NCBI GenBank assembly: GCA_018814825.1
Contig: JAHIYJ010000021.1
Span: 1 to 51,437 of the forward strand
From: Candidatus Omnitrophota bacterium
GTDB lineage: Bacteria > Omnitrophota > Gorgyraeia > Gorgyraeales > Gorgyraeaceae
Direction of reading: 5' to 3'
DNA length: 51,437 bases
The notes under the pieces were generated by a model that was not told the DNA's origin, made no database searches, and worked only from the letters and a program-made list of their open reading frames with translations. The first letter of the stretch is position 1; each line of letters starts with the position of its first letter. Positions 1-8,373 of this stretch are shown here, piece by piece. The translations under genes were made by a program, and so were the position numbers.

Positions 1-1
1 C

Positions 2-649
2 TGTTTTGAAGTCGATAATCCCAGTAGGCTTCCCGAACCTCAGAATATAATCGAGACAATGGAGCCCTACGCCAGGACATATCTCATGATACCGCAGGAC
101 GCCCTCAGCTCTATCATTGATTTCTGCAAGACAAAACGCGGAGAATATAAATCCACGGAATACATATCCCTGGGTAAGATAAAATTAATTTTTGAGATGC
201 CTCTTTCCGAAATCGTCGTGGATTTTTACGATAAGATCAAATCAATGACAAAAGGGTACGGCTCGCTTGACTATGAGGTGATAGGTTACCGGGCTGAAAA
301 TCTTGTAAAGCTTGATATACTCATAAACGGTCAGCCGTGCGAGGCGCTTTCGTCCATAGTGCACGAAAGCAAGGCTGAATACAAAGGCAGGGCGCTTGCC
401 GTAAAACTGAAGGAACTTATACCGAGACAGCTCTTCGAGGTAATAATCCAGGCCGCCGTGGGTAGCAAGATACTGACCAGGACAAGGGTAGGGCCGCTGT
501 CAAAGAACGTGACAAGTAAATGTTATGGCGGCGATATTACCAGGAAACGTAAACTGTGGGAAAAACAAAAAGAAGGCAAAAAGAGGATGAAGCAATTCGG
601 CAGGGTTCAGATTCCCCAGGAAGCCTTTCTGGCAGCGCTGAAAATATAA
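2..649 (+). CDS. lepA: Elongation factor 4 (LepA), C-terminal part, truncated by window start
   Basis: Frame is open from nt 2. Motifs GYGSLDYE, LIPRQLFEV and KCYGGDITRKRKLWEKQKEGKKRMK are diagnostic of the LepA C-terminus; lepB follows. Confidence 0.98.
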   Translation, partial: CFEVDNPSRLPEPQNIIETMEPYARTYLMIPQDALSSIIDFCKTKRGEYKSTEYISLGKIKLIFEMPLSEIVVDFYDKIKSMTKGYGSLDYEVIGYRAENLVKLDILINGQPCEALSSIVHESKAEYKGRALAVKLKELIPRQLFEVIIQAAVGSKILTRTRVGPLSKNVTSKCYGGDITRKRKLWEKQKEGKKRMKQFGRVQIPQEAFLAALKI

Positions 650-665
650 AAAGACTGGAGAGATT

Positions 666-1223
666 ATGCTGAAGATCAAGATGAGTGACAGGATGCGGTA
701 TTTTATGAAAGAATGGGTTGAGCCGGTAATTATAGCCGTAGTGCTGGCGTTGATTATACGCACGTTCGTGGTTCAGGCCTTTAAGATACCTACCGGCTCC
801 ATGCGCCCCAGCCTGATAGAAGGGGACAGGATACTGGTCAATAAATTCATCTACAAGTTTAAAGAGCCTGCCCGCGGGGATGTCATTGTTTTTGTCTCGC
901 CCGAGGACAAGAAAAAGGATTTTATAAAAAGGCTTGTGGGCCTGAGCGGTGAGGAAATAGAGATATCAAACGGCACGGTATTGATTAACAAAAAGGCCGT
1001 TGACCCTGACTCCGTGATAAGGGAGCGCTATTATTATAACAGGGGCGATTTCGGCGCAGAAGGCCGGACAGTGACAGTCCCTGACGATGCTTATTATGCG
1101 CTCGGCGATAACAGTATTTCCAGCAGGGATTCGAGATACTGGGGGTTTATGCCAAAAAAATATCTTATAGGCAAGGCCTTTCTGATATACTGGCCATTGA
1201 CACGGATAAGGATTATAAGGTAA
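666..1223 (+). CDS. lepB: Signal peptidase I
   Basis: N-terminal TM segment, IPTGSMRPSL (catalytic Ser), FIKRLVG (catalytic Lys), GDNSISSRDSRYWG; lepA-lepB synteny. Confidence 0.97.
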   Translation: MLKIKMSDRMRYFMKEWVEPVIIAVVLALIIRTFVVQAFKIPTGSMRPSLIEGDRILVNKFIYKFKEPARGDVIVFVSPEDKKKDFIKRLVGLSGEEIEISNGTVLINKKAVDPDSVIRERYYYNRGDFGAEGRTVTVPDDAYYALGDNSISSRDSRYWGFMPKKYLIGKAFLIYWPLTRIRIIR

Positions 1224-1243
1224 CTTCTTTCTTTGTTATTTGA

Positions 1244-1271
1244 TTGACCGCAGCTTGAAAAGTGTTATAAT
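1244..1271 (+). promoter_or_regulatory. Sigma70-type promoter of the lipoprotein gene
   Basis: TTGACC-16 nt-TATAAT with extended TGn; AGGAGG SD before ATG 1294. Confidence 0.7.
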
Positions 1272-1293
1272 ATCCTAAAATAGGAGGTGCGCT

Positions 1294-1596
1294 ATGAAAA
1301 GGTATGGTATTCTTGTTGTTCTGGTTTTAATGGTGTTTGTGGTTGGCTGCACAGGCACGCAGAAAGGCGCCGGCATAGGTACGCTGGTAGGCGCCGGGGC
1401 AGGCGCTATCATAGGCCACCAGTCTGGACACGCGGCTGAAGGCGCTCTTATAGGTGGAGCAGCAGGCGCAGCGGGCGGCGCACTGATAGGCGACGCGTCC
1501 ATGACCAAATTCTGCCCAGTATGCGGCAAGAGCTTTAGTTCGGGTGTTCAGTATTGCCCAGCAGACGGCACAGAGCTGAAAGTCATCCAGAAATAA
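1294..1596 (+). CDS. Glycine-zipper lipoprotein with C-terminal CxxC...CPxDG Zn-ribbon-like tail
   Basis: Lipobox VVGC, GxxxG repeats (GTLVGAGAGAIIG, GALIGGAAGAAGGALIG), tail CPVCGKSFSSGVQYCPADGTELK. Confidence 0.85.
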   Translation: MKRYGILVVLVLMVFVVGCTGTQKGAGIGTLVGAGAGAIIGHQSGHAAEGALIGGAAGAAGGALIGDASMTKFCPVCGKSFSSGVQYCPADGTELKVIQK

Positions 1597-1617
1597 AGCC
1601 TTAAGGACCATTTTGAC

Positions 1618-1652
1618 AAAAAAGGCTCCGCGAAAACAGCGGGGCCTTTTTT
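1618..1652 (+). terminator. Rho-independent terminator, probably bidirectional
   Basis: AAAAAAGGCTCCGC-loop-GCGGGGCCTTTTTT after the lipoprotein stop. Confidence 0.85.
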
Positions 1653-1659
1653 ATTGTGC

Positions 1660-1688
1660 TTGACCGCTATTTTTTAGCGTGTTAAAAT
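1660..1688 (+). promoter_or_regulatory. Sigma70-type promoter of the acs cluster
   Basis: TTGACC-17 nt-TAAAAT, 10 nt before ATG 1699, no SD. Confidence 0.7.
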
Positions 1689-1698
1689 TAAATCTATT

Positions 1699-3630
1699 AT
1701 GAATGAGTTCACTATCACATTTCTTCCCGAAAAAAAGACTATTTCCGTTGATAAAGGCACAGACCTCCTGACAGCCGCTATTAAATCTGGCATACATATA
1801 TATAATAGCTGTGGGGGAGAGGGCGTATGCGGTAGATGCAAGGTAATAGTTAAAAAAGGGGAATACATAACCGAGCGCAGCGGCAGGATCCCTGAAAAAG
1901 AGCGGAAAAAAGGATACGTCATGGCCTGCAGGACCACGCCCGAATCCGACATGACCGTGCTTGTGCCCGAGGAATCCAGGCTCGGTGACATAGAAGTGCT
2001 TACTGAGGAAGCAAAGGCCAGGCGGCTGGCTGGATTATATACTCCGGCCGAGAGGATAGAGGAAGAGAGAACTGAGCTAAAAGAAAAAATATTCAGGCAC
2101 GGCCCTTTATCGACAAAACTGTTCCTGAGGCTGCCGGGACCGTCCAGTGACGATAATTGCGGAGACGCGGAGAGGCTTTTCAGGGAAATAAGAAAAAACA
2201 GGGACATCCCGGTGATGCAGATGGGCCTTGCCAACATAAAGAAACTGCCGCGGCTCCTGCGCGAAAGCGGATGGGAAGTCACCGTAACCTTGGGCAACAG
2301 GAACGGTACCGCGGAAGTAGTGCTGATAGAGCCGGGAGACCGCTCCGAAAAGAACTTTGGCGTGGCTCTGGACATAGGCACTACGACCATAGTAGCCTAC
2401 CTGGTGGACTTAAAGTCCCAGAAAGTCCTCGGCGCGAAGGCCAGCTATAACCCACAGGTTGATTTCGGAGAAGACGTGATCTCCAGGATAATATACGCGC
2501 AGGAACAGGGAGGGCTGGAAAAGCTTCATCACGCGGTGATAGACACCATAAACGTATTTATATACAGCCTGACAAAAGAACAGGGCCTTACACTGGACGA
2601 TATCATCGCTGTCATGTGCGCGGGCAATACCACCATGACTCACCTGCTCCTAAAGATAGACCCGTCGCACATAAGGAAAGACCCCTATGTCCCGGCGGCG
2701 AACTTTCTGCCTGTGGTAAGGGCCGCCGAGGCTGGAATAAAGATAAATCCCCGCGGGCTTTTGGCTTGCCTCCCGTCCGTAGGTAGCTATGTGGGAGGCG
2801 ATATAACGGCCGGCATACTCTCTTCCGGCATGGACGATATGGATGAGTTATCGCTTTTTATAGACCTCGGCACCAACGGCGAGGTAGCGATAGGCAATAA
2901 GGAGTATTTTATGGCGTGCTCCACGTCCGCCGGGCCGTGTTTTGAGGGAGGAGGTCTGAAATCAGGAATCAGGGCCATGAAGGGCGCCATACAGAGCGTT
3001 TCTGTTAAAAATGGAAAACTTAGTTATAAGACTATCGGCAAAGAACGCCCCAGAGGCATCTGCGGCTCAGGCATTATCGATGCGCTTAGTGCTTTCCTCA
3101 AGCACAGGATCATAGACCGCTCCGGAAAGATAAAAGAAAACGATATATGCGGGACCAGAGACGCGGGCGGCGTAAAAGAGATAGTGCTTGTCGCTAAAAA
3201 AGATTCGGCCATCGGCATGGACATTACCATAGATGAAAACGATATAAAAAACCTGATACACTCAAAAGGCGCCATTTACACAGGCATAGATGTCCTGCTG
3301 AAAGAGTCCGGCTACAAGAAGGAGCACCTGAAAAACGTCTTTATAGCCGGGGGGCTTGGCACCGCGCTGGACATACGCTCCGCGATCAATATAGGACTCC
3401 TGCCGGATCTTCCGGAAGACAGGTTTAAGTTCATGGGGAACACTTCTATAACCGGCGCGAAACTGTGCCTGCTCTCGCAGGAGGCCATGGAAAAGGCCTC
3501 TCTTATCGCGAATAAGACGACGTATCTGGACCTCAGCGTTAATCCTTCTTTTATGAATAATTACAGCGCGGCGTTGTTCCTGCCGCATACGGACATAGAA
3601 TTATTTCCGTCTGTGAAAAAGATTTTATAG
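1699..3630 (+). CDS. acsV: Corrinoid reductive activator (AcsV/RACo; 2Fe-2S plus ASKHA domains)
   Basis: N-terminal CGGEGVCGRC...C ferredoxin; DIGTTT, DLGTNGE, SAGPCFEG and GICGSG motifs; adjacent to acsD/acsE. Confidence 0.9.
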   Translation: MNEFTITFLPEKKTISVDKGTDLLTAAIKSGIHIYNSCGGEGVCGRCKVIVKKGEYITERSGRIPEKERKKGYVMACRTTPESDMTVLVPEESRLGDIEVLTEEAKARRLAGLYTPAERIEEERTELKEKIFRHGPLSTKLFLRLPGPSSDDNCGDAERLFREIRKNRDIPVMQMGLANIKKLPRLLRESGWEVTVTLGNRNGTAEVVLIEPGDRSEKNFGVALDIGTTTIVAYLVDLKSQKVLGAKASYNPQVDFGEDVISRIIYAQEQGGLEKLHHAVIDTINVFIYSLTKEQGLTLDDIIAVMCAGNTTMTHLLLKIDPSHIRKDPYVPAANFLPVVRAAEAGIKINPRGLLACLPSVGSYVGGDITAGILSSGMDDMDELSLFIDLGTNGEVAIGNKEYFMACSTSAGPCFEGGGLKSGIRAMKGAIQSVSVKNGKLSYKTIGKERPRGICGSGIIDALSAFLKHRIIDRSGKIKENDICGTRDAGGVKEIVLVAKKDSAIGMDITIDENDIKNLIHSKGAIYTGIDVLLKESGYKKEHLKNVFIAGGLGTALDIRSAINIGLLPDLPEDRFKFMGNTSITGAKLCLLSQEAMEKASLIANKTTYLDLSVNPSFMNNYSAALFLPHTDIELFPSVKKIL

Positions 3631-3658
3631 AGATTACGGATCAAAGGAAGTGGAAGTT

Positions 3659-3759
3659 GGTTTATGGGTATGGAAGCTGGTTAGGAAGATAGAAGTAGAA
3701 GATAGGCGTTGGATATCAAGTTTCCGTTAGCCACTTCCAGCCTCCTAACCAGTTTCTAC
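3659..3759. repeat. Dispersed 101-nt hairpin-forming repeat, copy A
   Basis: Gapless match to 47172-47272 (about 17 mismatches counted by hand); purine-rich left arm is complementary to the pyrimidine-rich right arm. Confidence 0.85.
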
Positions 3760-3789
3760 AACATTAAACCAGCTTCTATAAACAACGAA

Positions 3790-4608
3790 ATGCCATACAT
3801 AATAGCTATCGCGGGCAAAGGCGGGGTAGGCAAGACAACTGTCGCAGCTCTCCTGGCGCAGAGCCTGTTGAAAGTCGACAAGCCTGTCCTGGCCGTTGAC
3901 GCAGATCCAAACTCCAATCTCAACCTGCTGCTGGGGCTGGATTATTCGGAAACAGTTTCCGATATACGGGAAGAGGCCAGGAACCTTTCCTCGGTCAGTA
4001 TATCAAAAAGCGATTTCTTTAACATGCGGCTCGAGGAGATAATCGCTGAGGGAAACAGGATTGATCTTTTAGTCATGGGCAGACCTGAAGGCACCGGCTG
4101 TTATTGCGCCGTAAACAATATCCTCAGGGAGTATCTTTCTAAGTTGAGCAGGAATTATAAATTTGTAGTTATAGACAATGAGGCCGGAATGGAACATTTG
4201 AGCAGGCGCACGGCGAATCACGTGGATACGCTTCTTCTGGTGAGCGATTCTACTACTGTCGGAGTCCAGGCCGCGGTTAACGCGTTTAATACCGCCAAAA
4301 AGGCCGGGCTGAAAGTAAAGGACTTCAGGCTGGTAATAAATAAATCCAGGACTGAACTGAGAGAGGATAAGGTAAAATTATTGGAAAAAGCCGGATTGAC
4401 GGTGGCCGGCTATGTGCCTTATGACGAAGCTATAGAAAAAAACAGCGAACAGGGCAAAGAACTGGGAAAACGCTTAACAGATATATTCAATCTTGATTGC
4501 ATAGGCCTGTTGAATGCAATCAAGGAAAGGGGTCTGGGGGAAGATTTCCCCCAGGCTTTCGGGGTAACAGGGAGCGAAGCGACCGTCATAGGGGCAGAGC
4601 CCCTTTGA
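3790..4608 (+). CDS. cooC: CODH/ACS nickel-insertion ATPase (AcsF/CooC)
   Basis: IAGKGGVGKTT, VDADPNSNL, MGRPEGTGCYC, DNEAGMEHLSR. Start moved to ATG 3790 because the upstream part of the ORF is repeat DNA. Confidence 0.92.
   Translation: MPYIIAIAGKGGVGKTTVAALLAQSLLKVDKPVLAVDADPNSNLNLLLGLDYSETVSDIREEARNLSSVSISKSDFFNMRLEEIIAEGNRIDLLVMGRPEGTGCYCAVNNILREYLSKLSRNYKFVVIDNEAGMEHLSRRTANHVDTLLLVSDSTTVGVQAAVNAFNTAKKAGLKVKDFRLVINKSRTELREDKVKLLEKAGLTVAGYVPYDEAIEKNSEQGKELGKRLTDIFNLDCIGLLNAIKERGLGEDFPQAFGVTGSEATVIGAEPL
4526..4605. repeat. REP/MITE-like palindromic element overlapping the cooC 3' end
   Basis: Hairpins CTGGGGGAA-gat-TTCCCCCAG and AGGGGC-aga-GCCCCT, plus a GAGCGAAGCGAC motif. Confidence 0.6.
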
Positions 4609-4716
4609 AAAAATCTGCAGGATAAAGTCTCTGCCCGAAAGACAGATTTTTCTTGACCTTGTTCTTGATCCAGGATACGCAGACAAGACAGGCCTTAAAA
4701 CAAAGACGGGGCAATA

Positions 4717-5682
4717 ATGGAAAGAGTAATCGAAAAATGGCAGGATAGTATAAGCGAACTTACGCTTGGCGCGGCCAAAGAGTCAGGAGGTACCCGCGCC
4801 AATACGGTTAAAATAGGAGGAGAGACAGGGATTTATTTTCTAAAAGGCGAGGACGCATGCCCTAATCCGCCTGTTATAGCCATGGAAGTCTGGGATATGG
4901 AGCCTGAAAACTGGACTGACGCGCTCAAGTCCAATTTTGGCAGCGCCCTGAAAGATCCGGCTGAGTGGGCCAGGATGTGCGTCGAAAAATTCAAGGCCGA
5001 TCTTATATGCCTCCGCCTGGCTAGCGTGCACCCGGACACAAAGGATTCATCGGCCGAGGAAGCGGGCAAGACGCTGGAAAAGGTCCTTAAGGCCGTAAGC
5101 GTCCCCCTGATTATCGTAGGCAGCGGTTCGCACGAGAAAGATAACGACGTGGTCGTGCGATGCGGTGAAGTGGCGCGCGGCGAAAACTGCCTGTTCGGCA
5201 TAGCCGCCCGGGAAAACTACAAGACCCTGACAGCCGCCTGCCTGAGCGGAGGGCACTCTATCATCTCCGAGGCCCCCATAGATATTAATATCGCGAAACA
5301 GCTTAATATACTTATATGCGACATGCAGTTTCCGCCCGAAAAAATAGTCATACATCACGCGACCGGCGCCCTGGGGTACGGCCTTGAGTATACCTATTCG
5401 ATAATGGAGAGGACCCGCCTCGCCGGGCTTTCCGGTGACAGGATGCTCTCCATGCCTATGATAAATTTCGTGGGGCAGGAAGTATGGAAGACAAAAGAGG
5501 CGAAAGCCGGCGACGAGGTCGCTTCTGATTGGGGCCCTACCAGAGACAGGGGCGCTTTACTCGAAACAGCGACTGCCTGTTCTTATCTCAACGCCGGCGC
5601 CGACATCCTGGTGATGAATCACCCGAAGGCCGTGGAAAAGACCAAAGAAATAATCAAAGATCTATGTAATGTAAAAAATTAA
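4717..5682 (+). CDS. acsD: Corrinoid iron-sulfur protein small subunit (AcsD/CdhD)
   Basis: GGTR..TVKIGGE, DINIAKQLN, GALGYGLEYTYSIMERTRLAGL.GDRML, GADILVMNHP. Confidence 0.95.
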   Translation: MERVIEKWQDSISELTLGAAKESGGTRANTVKIGGETGIYFLKGEDACPNPPVIAMEVWDMEPENWTDALKSNFGSALKDPAEWARMCVEKFKADLICLRLASVHPDTKDSSAEEAGKTLEKVLKAVSVPLIIVGSGSHEKDNDVVVRCGEVARGENCLFGIAARENYKTLTAACLSGGHSIISEAPIDINIAKQLNILICDMQFPPEKIVIHHATGALGYGLEYTYSIMERTRLAGLSGDRMLSMPMINFVGQEVWKTKEAKAGDEVASDWGPTRDRGALLETATACSYLNAGADILVMNHPKAVEKTKEIIKDLCNVKN

Positions 5683-5691
5683 GGAGCGGAT

Positions 5692-6489
5692 ATGTTTGTT
5701 ATAGGCGAAAGAATCAACGGAATGTTCAAGGACGTCGCGGAGGCCGTGAAAAAAAAGGATAAGGAAGTCATACGGTCTCTGGCTAAAAAACAGGTAGCCT
5801 CAGGCGCGAACGCGCTCGACGTAAACGTGGGCCCGTCATCGGATAACCCAAAAGAAGTCATGGAGTGGCTTGTGAAGACCATCATAGAGGCGGTCGGCGA
5901 CGTACCGCTGGCCATAGATACGACAAAAAAGGATGTCATGGAGGCGGGGTTAAGTCTGTGCAGGAGGAAACCTATAATAAACTCTGTAAACGCCAACGAG
6001 GACAAGATGAAACCTCTCTTCGCGCTCGCCAAAAAATACAAAGCCTCGGTCATTGGCTTGACAACTGACAAATCAGGCATACCAAAGGACTCTGAGGGCA
6101 GGCTGGAGCTGGCAATGAAGATAATAGCGTCTGCCATGGAGCATGGCATAGACACCTCGGATATCTATATCGACACAGTCATACTGCCCGTAAACGTGGC
6201 TCAGGCCCACGTGAAAGAAGTCTTAAAAACAATAAGGGAGCTTAAGGTGCTGGCAGACCCCGCTCCTAAGACTATCCTTGGGCTCTCAAATGTCTCGCAG
6301 GGTTCTCAGGCGCATCTCAAGCCGCTCATAAACAGGACTTTCCTGGCCATGGCGATCGCGTCAGGGCTTGACGCGGCCATAATGGACGCGAACGACAAGG
6401 ATTTGTTAGACACTGCCATAACAGCGGAATTATTAATGGAAAGACAGCTCTACTGCGACTCGTTCCTTGACGCCTACCGCAAAAAGTAA
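5692..6489 (+). CDS. acsE: Methyl-THF:corrinoid iron-sulfur protein methyltransferase (AcsE)
   Basis: IGERING, ALDVNVGP, IINSV, GLSNVSQG, LINRTFLAMA..GLDAAIMD (pterin-binding TIM barrel); directly follows acsD. Confidence 0.93.
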   Translation: MFVIGERINGMFKDVAEAVKKKDKEVIRSLAKKQVASGANALDVNVGPSSDNPKEVMEWLVKTIIEAVGDVPLAIDTTKKDVMEAGLSLCRRKPIINSVNANEDKMKPLFALAKKYKASVIGLTTDKSGIPKDSEGRLELAMKIIASAMEHGIDTSDIYIDTVILPVNVAQAHVKEVLKTIRELKVLADPAPKTILGLSNVSQGSQAHLKPLINRTFLAMAIASGLDAAIMDANDKDLLDTAITAELLMERQLYCDSFLDAYRKK

Positions 6490-6492
6490 CCT

Positions 6493-6566
6493 GGAAAATA
6501 GGGGACAGCGACCTATTTTTTCCAGAAAACATAAGAAAGAAAATAGGTCGCTGTCCCCTATTTTCC
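6493..6566. repeat. Perfect 27-bp inverted repeat (GGGGACAG...CTGTCCCC type)
   Basis: GGAAAATAGGGGACAGCGACCTATTTT / AAAATAGGTCGCTGTCCCCTATTTTCC with a 20-nt loop. Confidence 0.9.
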
Positions 6567-6596
6567 CCAGAAAAGTGTAAAGTTAGGGAGAATAAG

Positions 6597-7016
6597 ATGA
6601 CAGTTGTTAGTAAAACGATAAAATTGAATACAAAAGGGGACACGGATATAATCAATATAACCGACCAGGTCGCGGCTGCTTTATCAAAGTCAGGCCTGAT
6701 CGACGGCGTGGTGACAGTATTTGTAAGCGGCTCAACAGGAGCGCTAACCACGGTTGAGTACGAACCGGGGCTTGTCCAGGATCTCAAGGCTTTTTTTGAG
6801 AAGATCGCGCCCAAGACAGGCTCGTACGAGCATAATACGCGCTGGCACGACGGCAACGGTTACGCGCATGTGCGCTCATCGCTCCTTGGCCCGAGCGTTT
6901 CAGCGCCTTTCGCTAAAGGCCTTTTGATGCTCGGTACCTGGCAGCAGATTATTTTTATAGATTTTGATAACCGGCCACGCTCAAGGGAATTAATAGTGCA
7001 AATAATGGGAGAATAA
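6597..7016 (+). CDS. yjbQ: YjbQ/UPF0047 family protein
   Basis: GSTGALTTVEYEPG, YEH...DGNGYAH, LGTWQQIIFIDFD..PRSR. Confidence 0.93.
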   Translation: MTVVSKTIKLNTKGDTDIINITDQVAAALSKSGLIDGVVTVFVSGSTGALTTVEYEPGLVQDLKAFFEKIAPKTGSYEHNTRWHDGNGYAHVRSSLLGPSVSAPFAKGLLMLGTWQQIIFIDFDNRPRSRELIVQIMGE

Positions 7017-7029
7017 AACAATACATTTA

Positions 7030-7079
7030 TTGTATGGAATTTCAATAATTCCATACAACTTACCCGAACGAAGTGAGGA
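7030..7079. repeat. 12-bp hairpin plus CCGAACGAAGTGAGGA motif, related to the accB-flanking repeats
   Basis: TTGTATGGAATT-tcaat-AATTCCATACAA followed by a motif whose halves also flank the 16648 and 17447 hairpins. Confidence 0.6.
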
Positions 7080-7086
7080 TTAAATT

Positions 7087-8373
7087 GTGAAACCGGTATT
7101 GCAGGTAGCCTTGGATTTTGTGGATTTGAAACGCGCCGTAAAATGCGCCGGAGAGGCTGTTGCGGGCGGCGTAGACTGGCTTGAGGCGGGGACCCCGCTT
7201 ATCAAGAGCGAGGGGCTTGACGTCGTGCGTGAGCTCCGCAGGTTATTCCCTAAAAAAACCCTTGTGGCTGACATGAAGATAATGGATGCCGGACGCGTGG
7301 AAGTTGAGATCGCCGCCAAGGCCGGGGCTAATGTCGTGTGTGTCCTGGGCGCCGCGAGTGACGCCACGATAAAAGAGTGCGTTGAGGCCGCCCATAATTA
7401 CGGGGCGAAGATACAGGCGGACCTTATTGCTGTCAGAGACGCGAAGCAACGCGCCATAGAGATAGAAAAGCTCGGAGTGGATTATATAGGCGTACATTGC
7501 GCGATCGATGACCAGATGAGGGCAAAGGACCCATTCAGACAGTTAAAGGACATAAGAAAGGCTGTGAGTCTGCCGATTGCTATAGCAGGCGGGATAAATT
7601 CCGAGACCGCGCCTCAGGCTGTCAGATCAGGGGCCAGTATCGTGATAGTGGGAGGGGCCATAAATAAATCGAGCGACGCGAAGAAGGCTACCTCGGAAAT
7701 AAGAAGCTCCATGCTGACATTAAAGGGAATAAAGACAGATCTTTTTAAAAGGGTCTCGGAAAAAGACATCGGCAGTGTCCTTAAAATAGTATCGACCGCG
7801 AATCTCTCGGACGCGATGCACAGGACCGGACATCTCAGGGGGCTACAGGCTATTTCTCCCGGGGTAAAGATGCACGGAAAGGCTCTAACGGTAAGGACGT
7901 ATCCTGGAGACTGGGCCAAGGCGGTAGAAGCCATAGATCTGGCTGAGGAGGGCCAGGTCATTGTTATTGATGCAGGAGGGGTGGCTCCGGCTGTATGGGG
8001 AGAGCTTGCCACGCACGGCGCTATTCAAAAAAAATTAGCCGGGGTTGTGATAGACGGCGCGATAAGGGATTCACATGAGATAAGGGCATTGAGATTCCCC
8101 GCGTTTGCCAGGATAATATCCCCGGCGGCCGGCGAGCCTAAAGGTTTCGGCGAAATAGGGGTCCCTGTCAGCGTCAGCGGGACCAGGGTTTTTACCGGCG
8201 ACTATATAGTCGGGGACGATGACGGAGTTGTTGTTATTCCGGGGCAGAACGCCGCGGAGATAATAAACAGGGCCATGAGCGTCCTCGAGACAGAGAACCG
8301 CCTGAGAAAAGAAATAGACTTAGGCAGCACGCTCGCGAAAGTGGCCGAATTATTAAAATGGGAAAAAAAATAA
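7087..8373 (+). CDS. hxlA: 3-hexulose-6-phosphate synthase (HPS) fused to an RraA/MenG-like domain
   Basis: LQVALD, EAGTPLIKSEG, ADMKIMDAG (HUMPS barrel); C-terminal STANLSDAM, AVWGELA, IDGAIRD, GDDDGVVVIP (RraA fold); GTG start. Confidence 0.85.
   Translation: MKPVLQVALDFVDLKRAVKCAGEAVAGGVDWLEAGTPLIKSEGLDVVRELRRLFPKKTLVADMKIMDAGRVEVEIAAKAGANVVCVLGAASDATIKECVEAAHNYGAKIQADLIAVRDAKQRAIEIEKLGVDYIGVHCAIDDQMRAKDPFRQLKDIRKAVSLPIAIAGGINSETAPQAVRSGASIVIVGGAINKSSDAKKATSEIRSSMLTLKGIKTDLFKRVSEKDIGSVLKIVSTANLSDAMHRTGHLRGLQAISPGVKMHGKALTVRTYPGDWAKAVEAIDLAEEGQVIVIDAGGVAPAVWGELATHGAIQKKLAGVVIDGAIRDSHEIRALRFPAFARIISPAAGEPKGFGEIGVPVSVSGTRVFTGDYIVGDDDGVVVIPGQNAAEIINRAMSVLETENRLRKEIDLGSTLAKVAELLKWEKK

Noticed and set aside
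3709-3789. 27-aa N-terminal extension of CooC
   Set aside because: It is mostly translated repeat DNA; the family starts at MPYIIAIAGKGG.
4560-4716. Possible cobalamin or c-di-GMP riboswitch upstream of acsD
   Set aside because: Stems exist, but the B12 box (GCCACTG, GGGAAG) and GEMM core are absent; repeat DNA explains it better.
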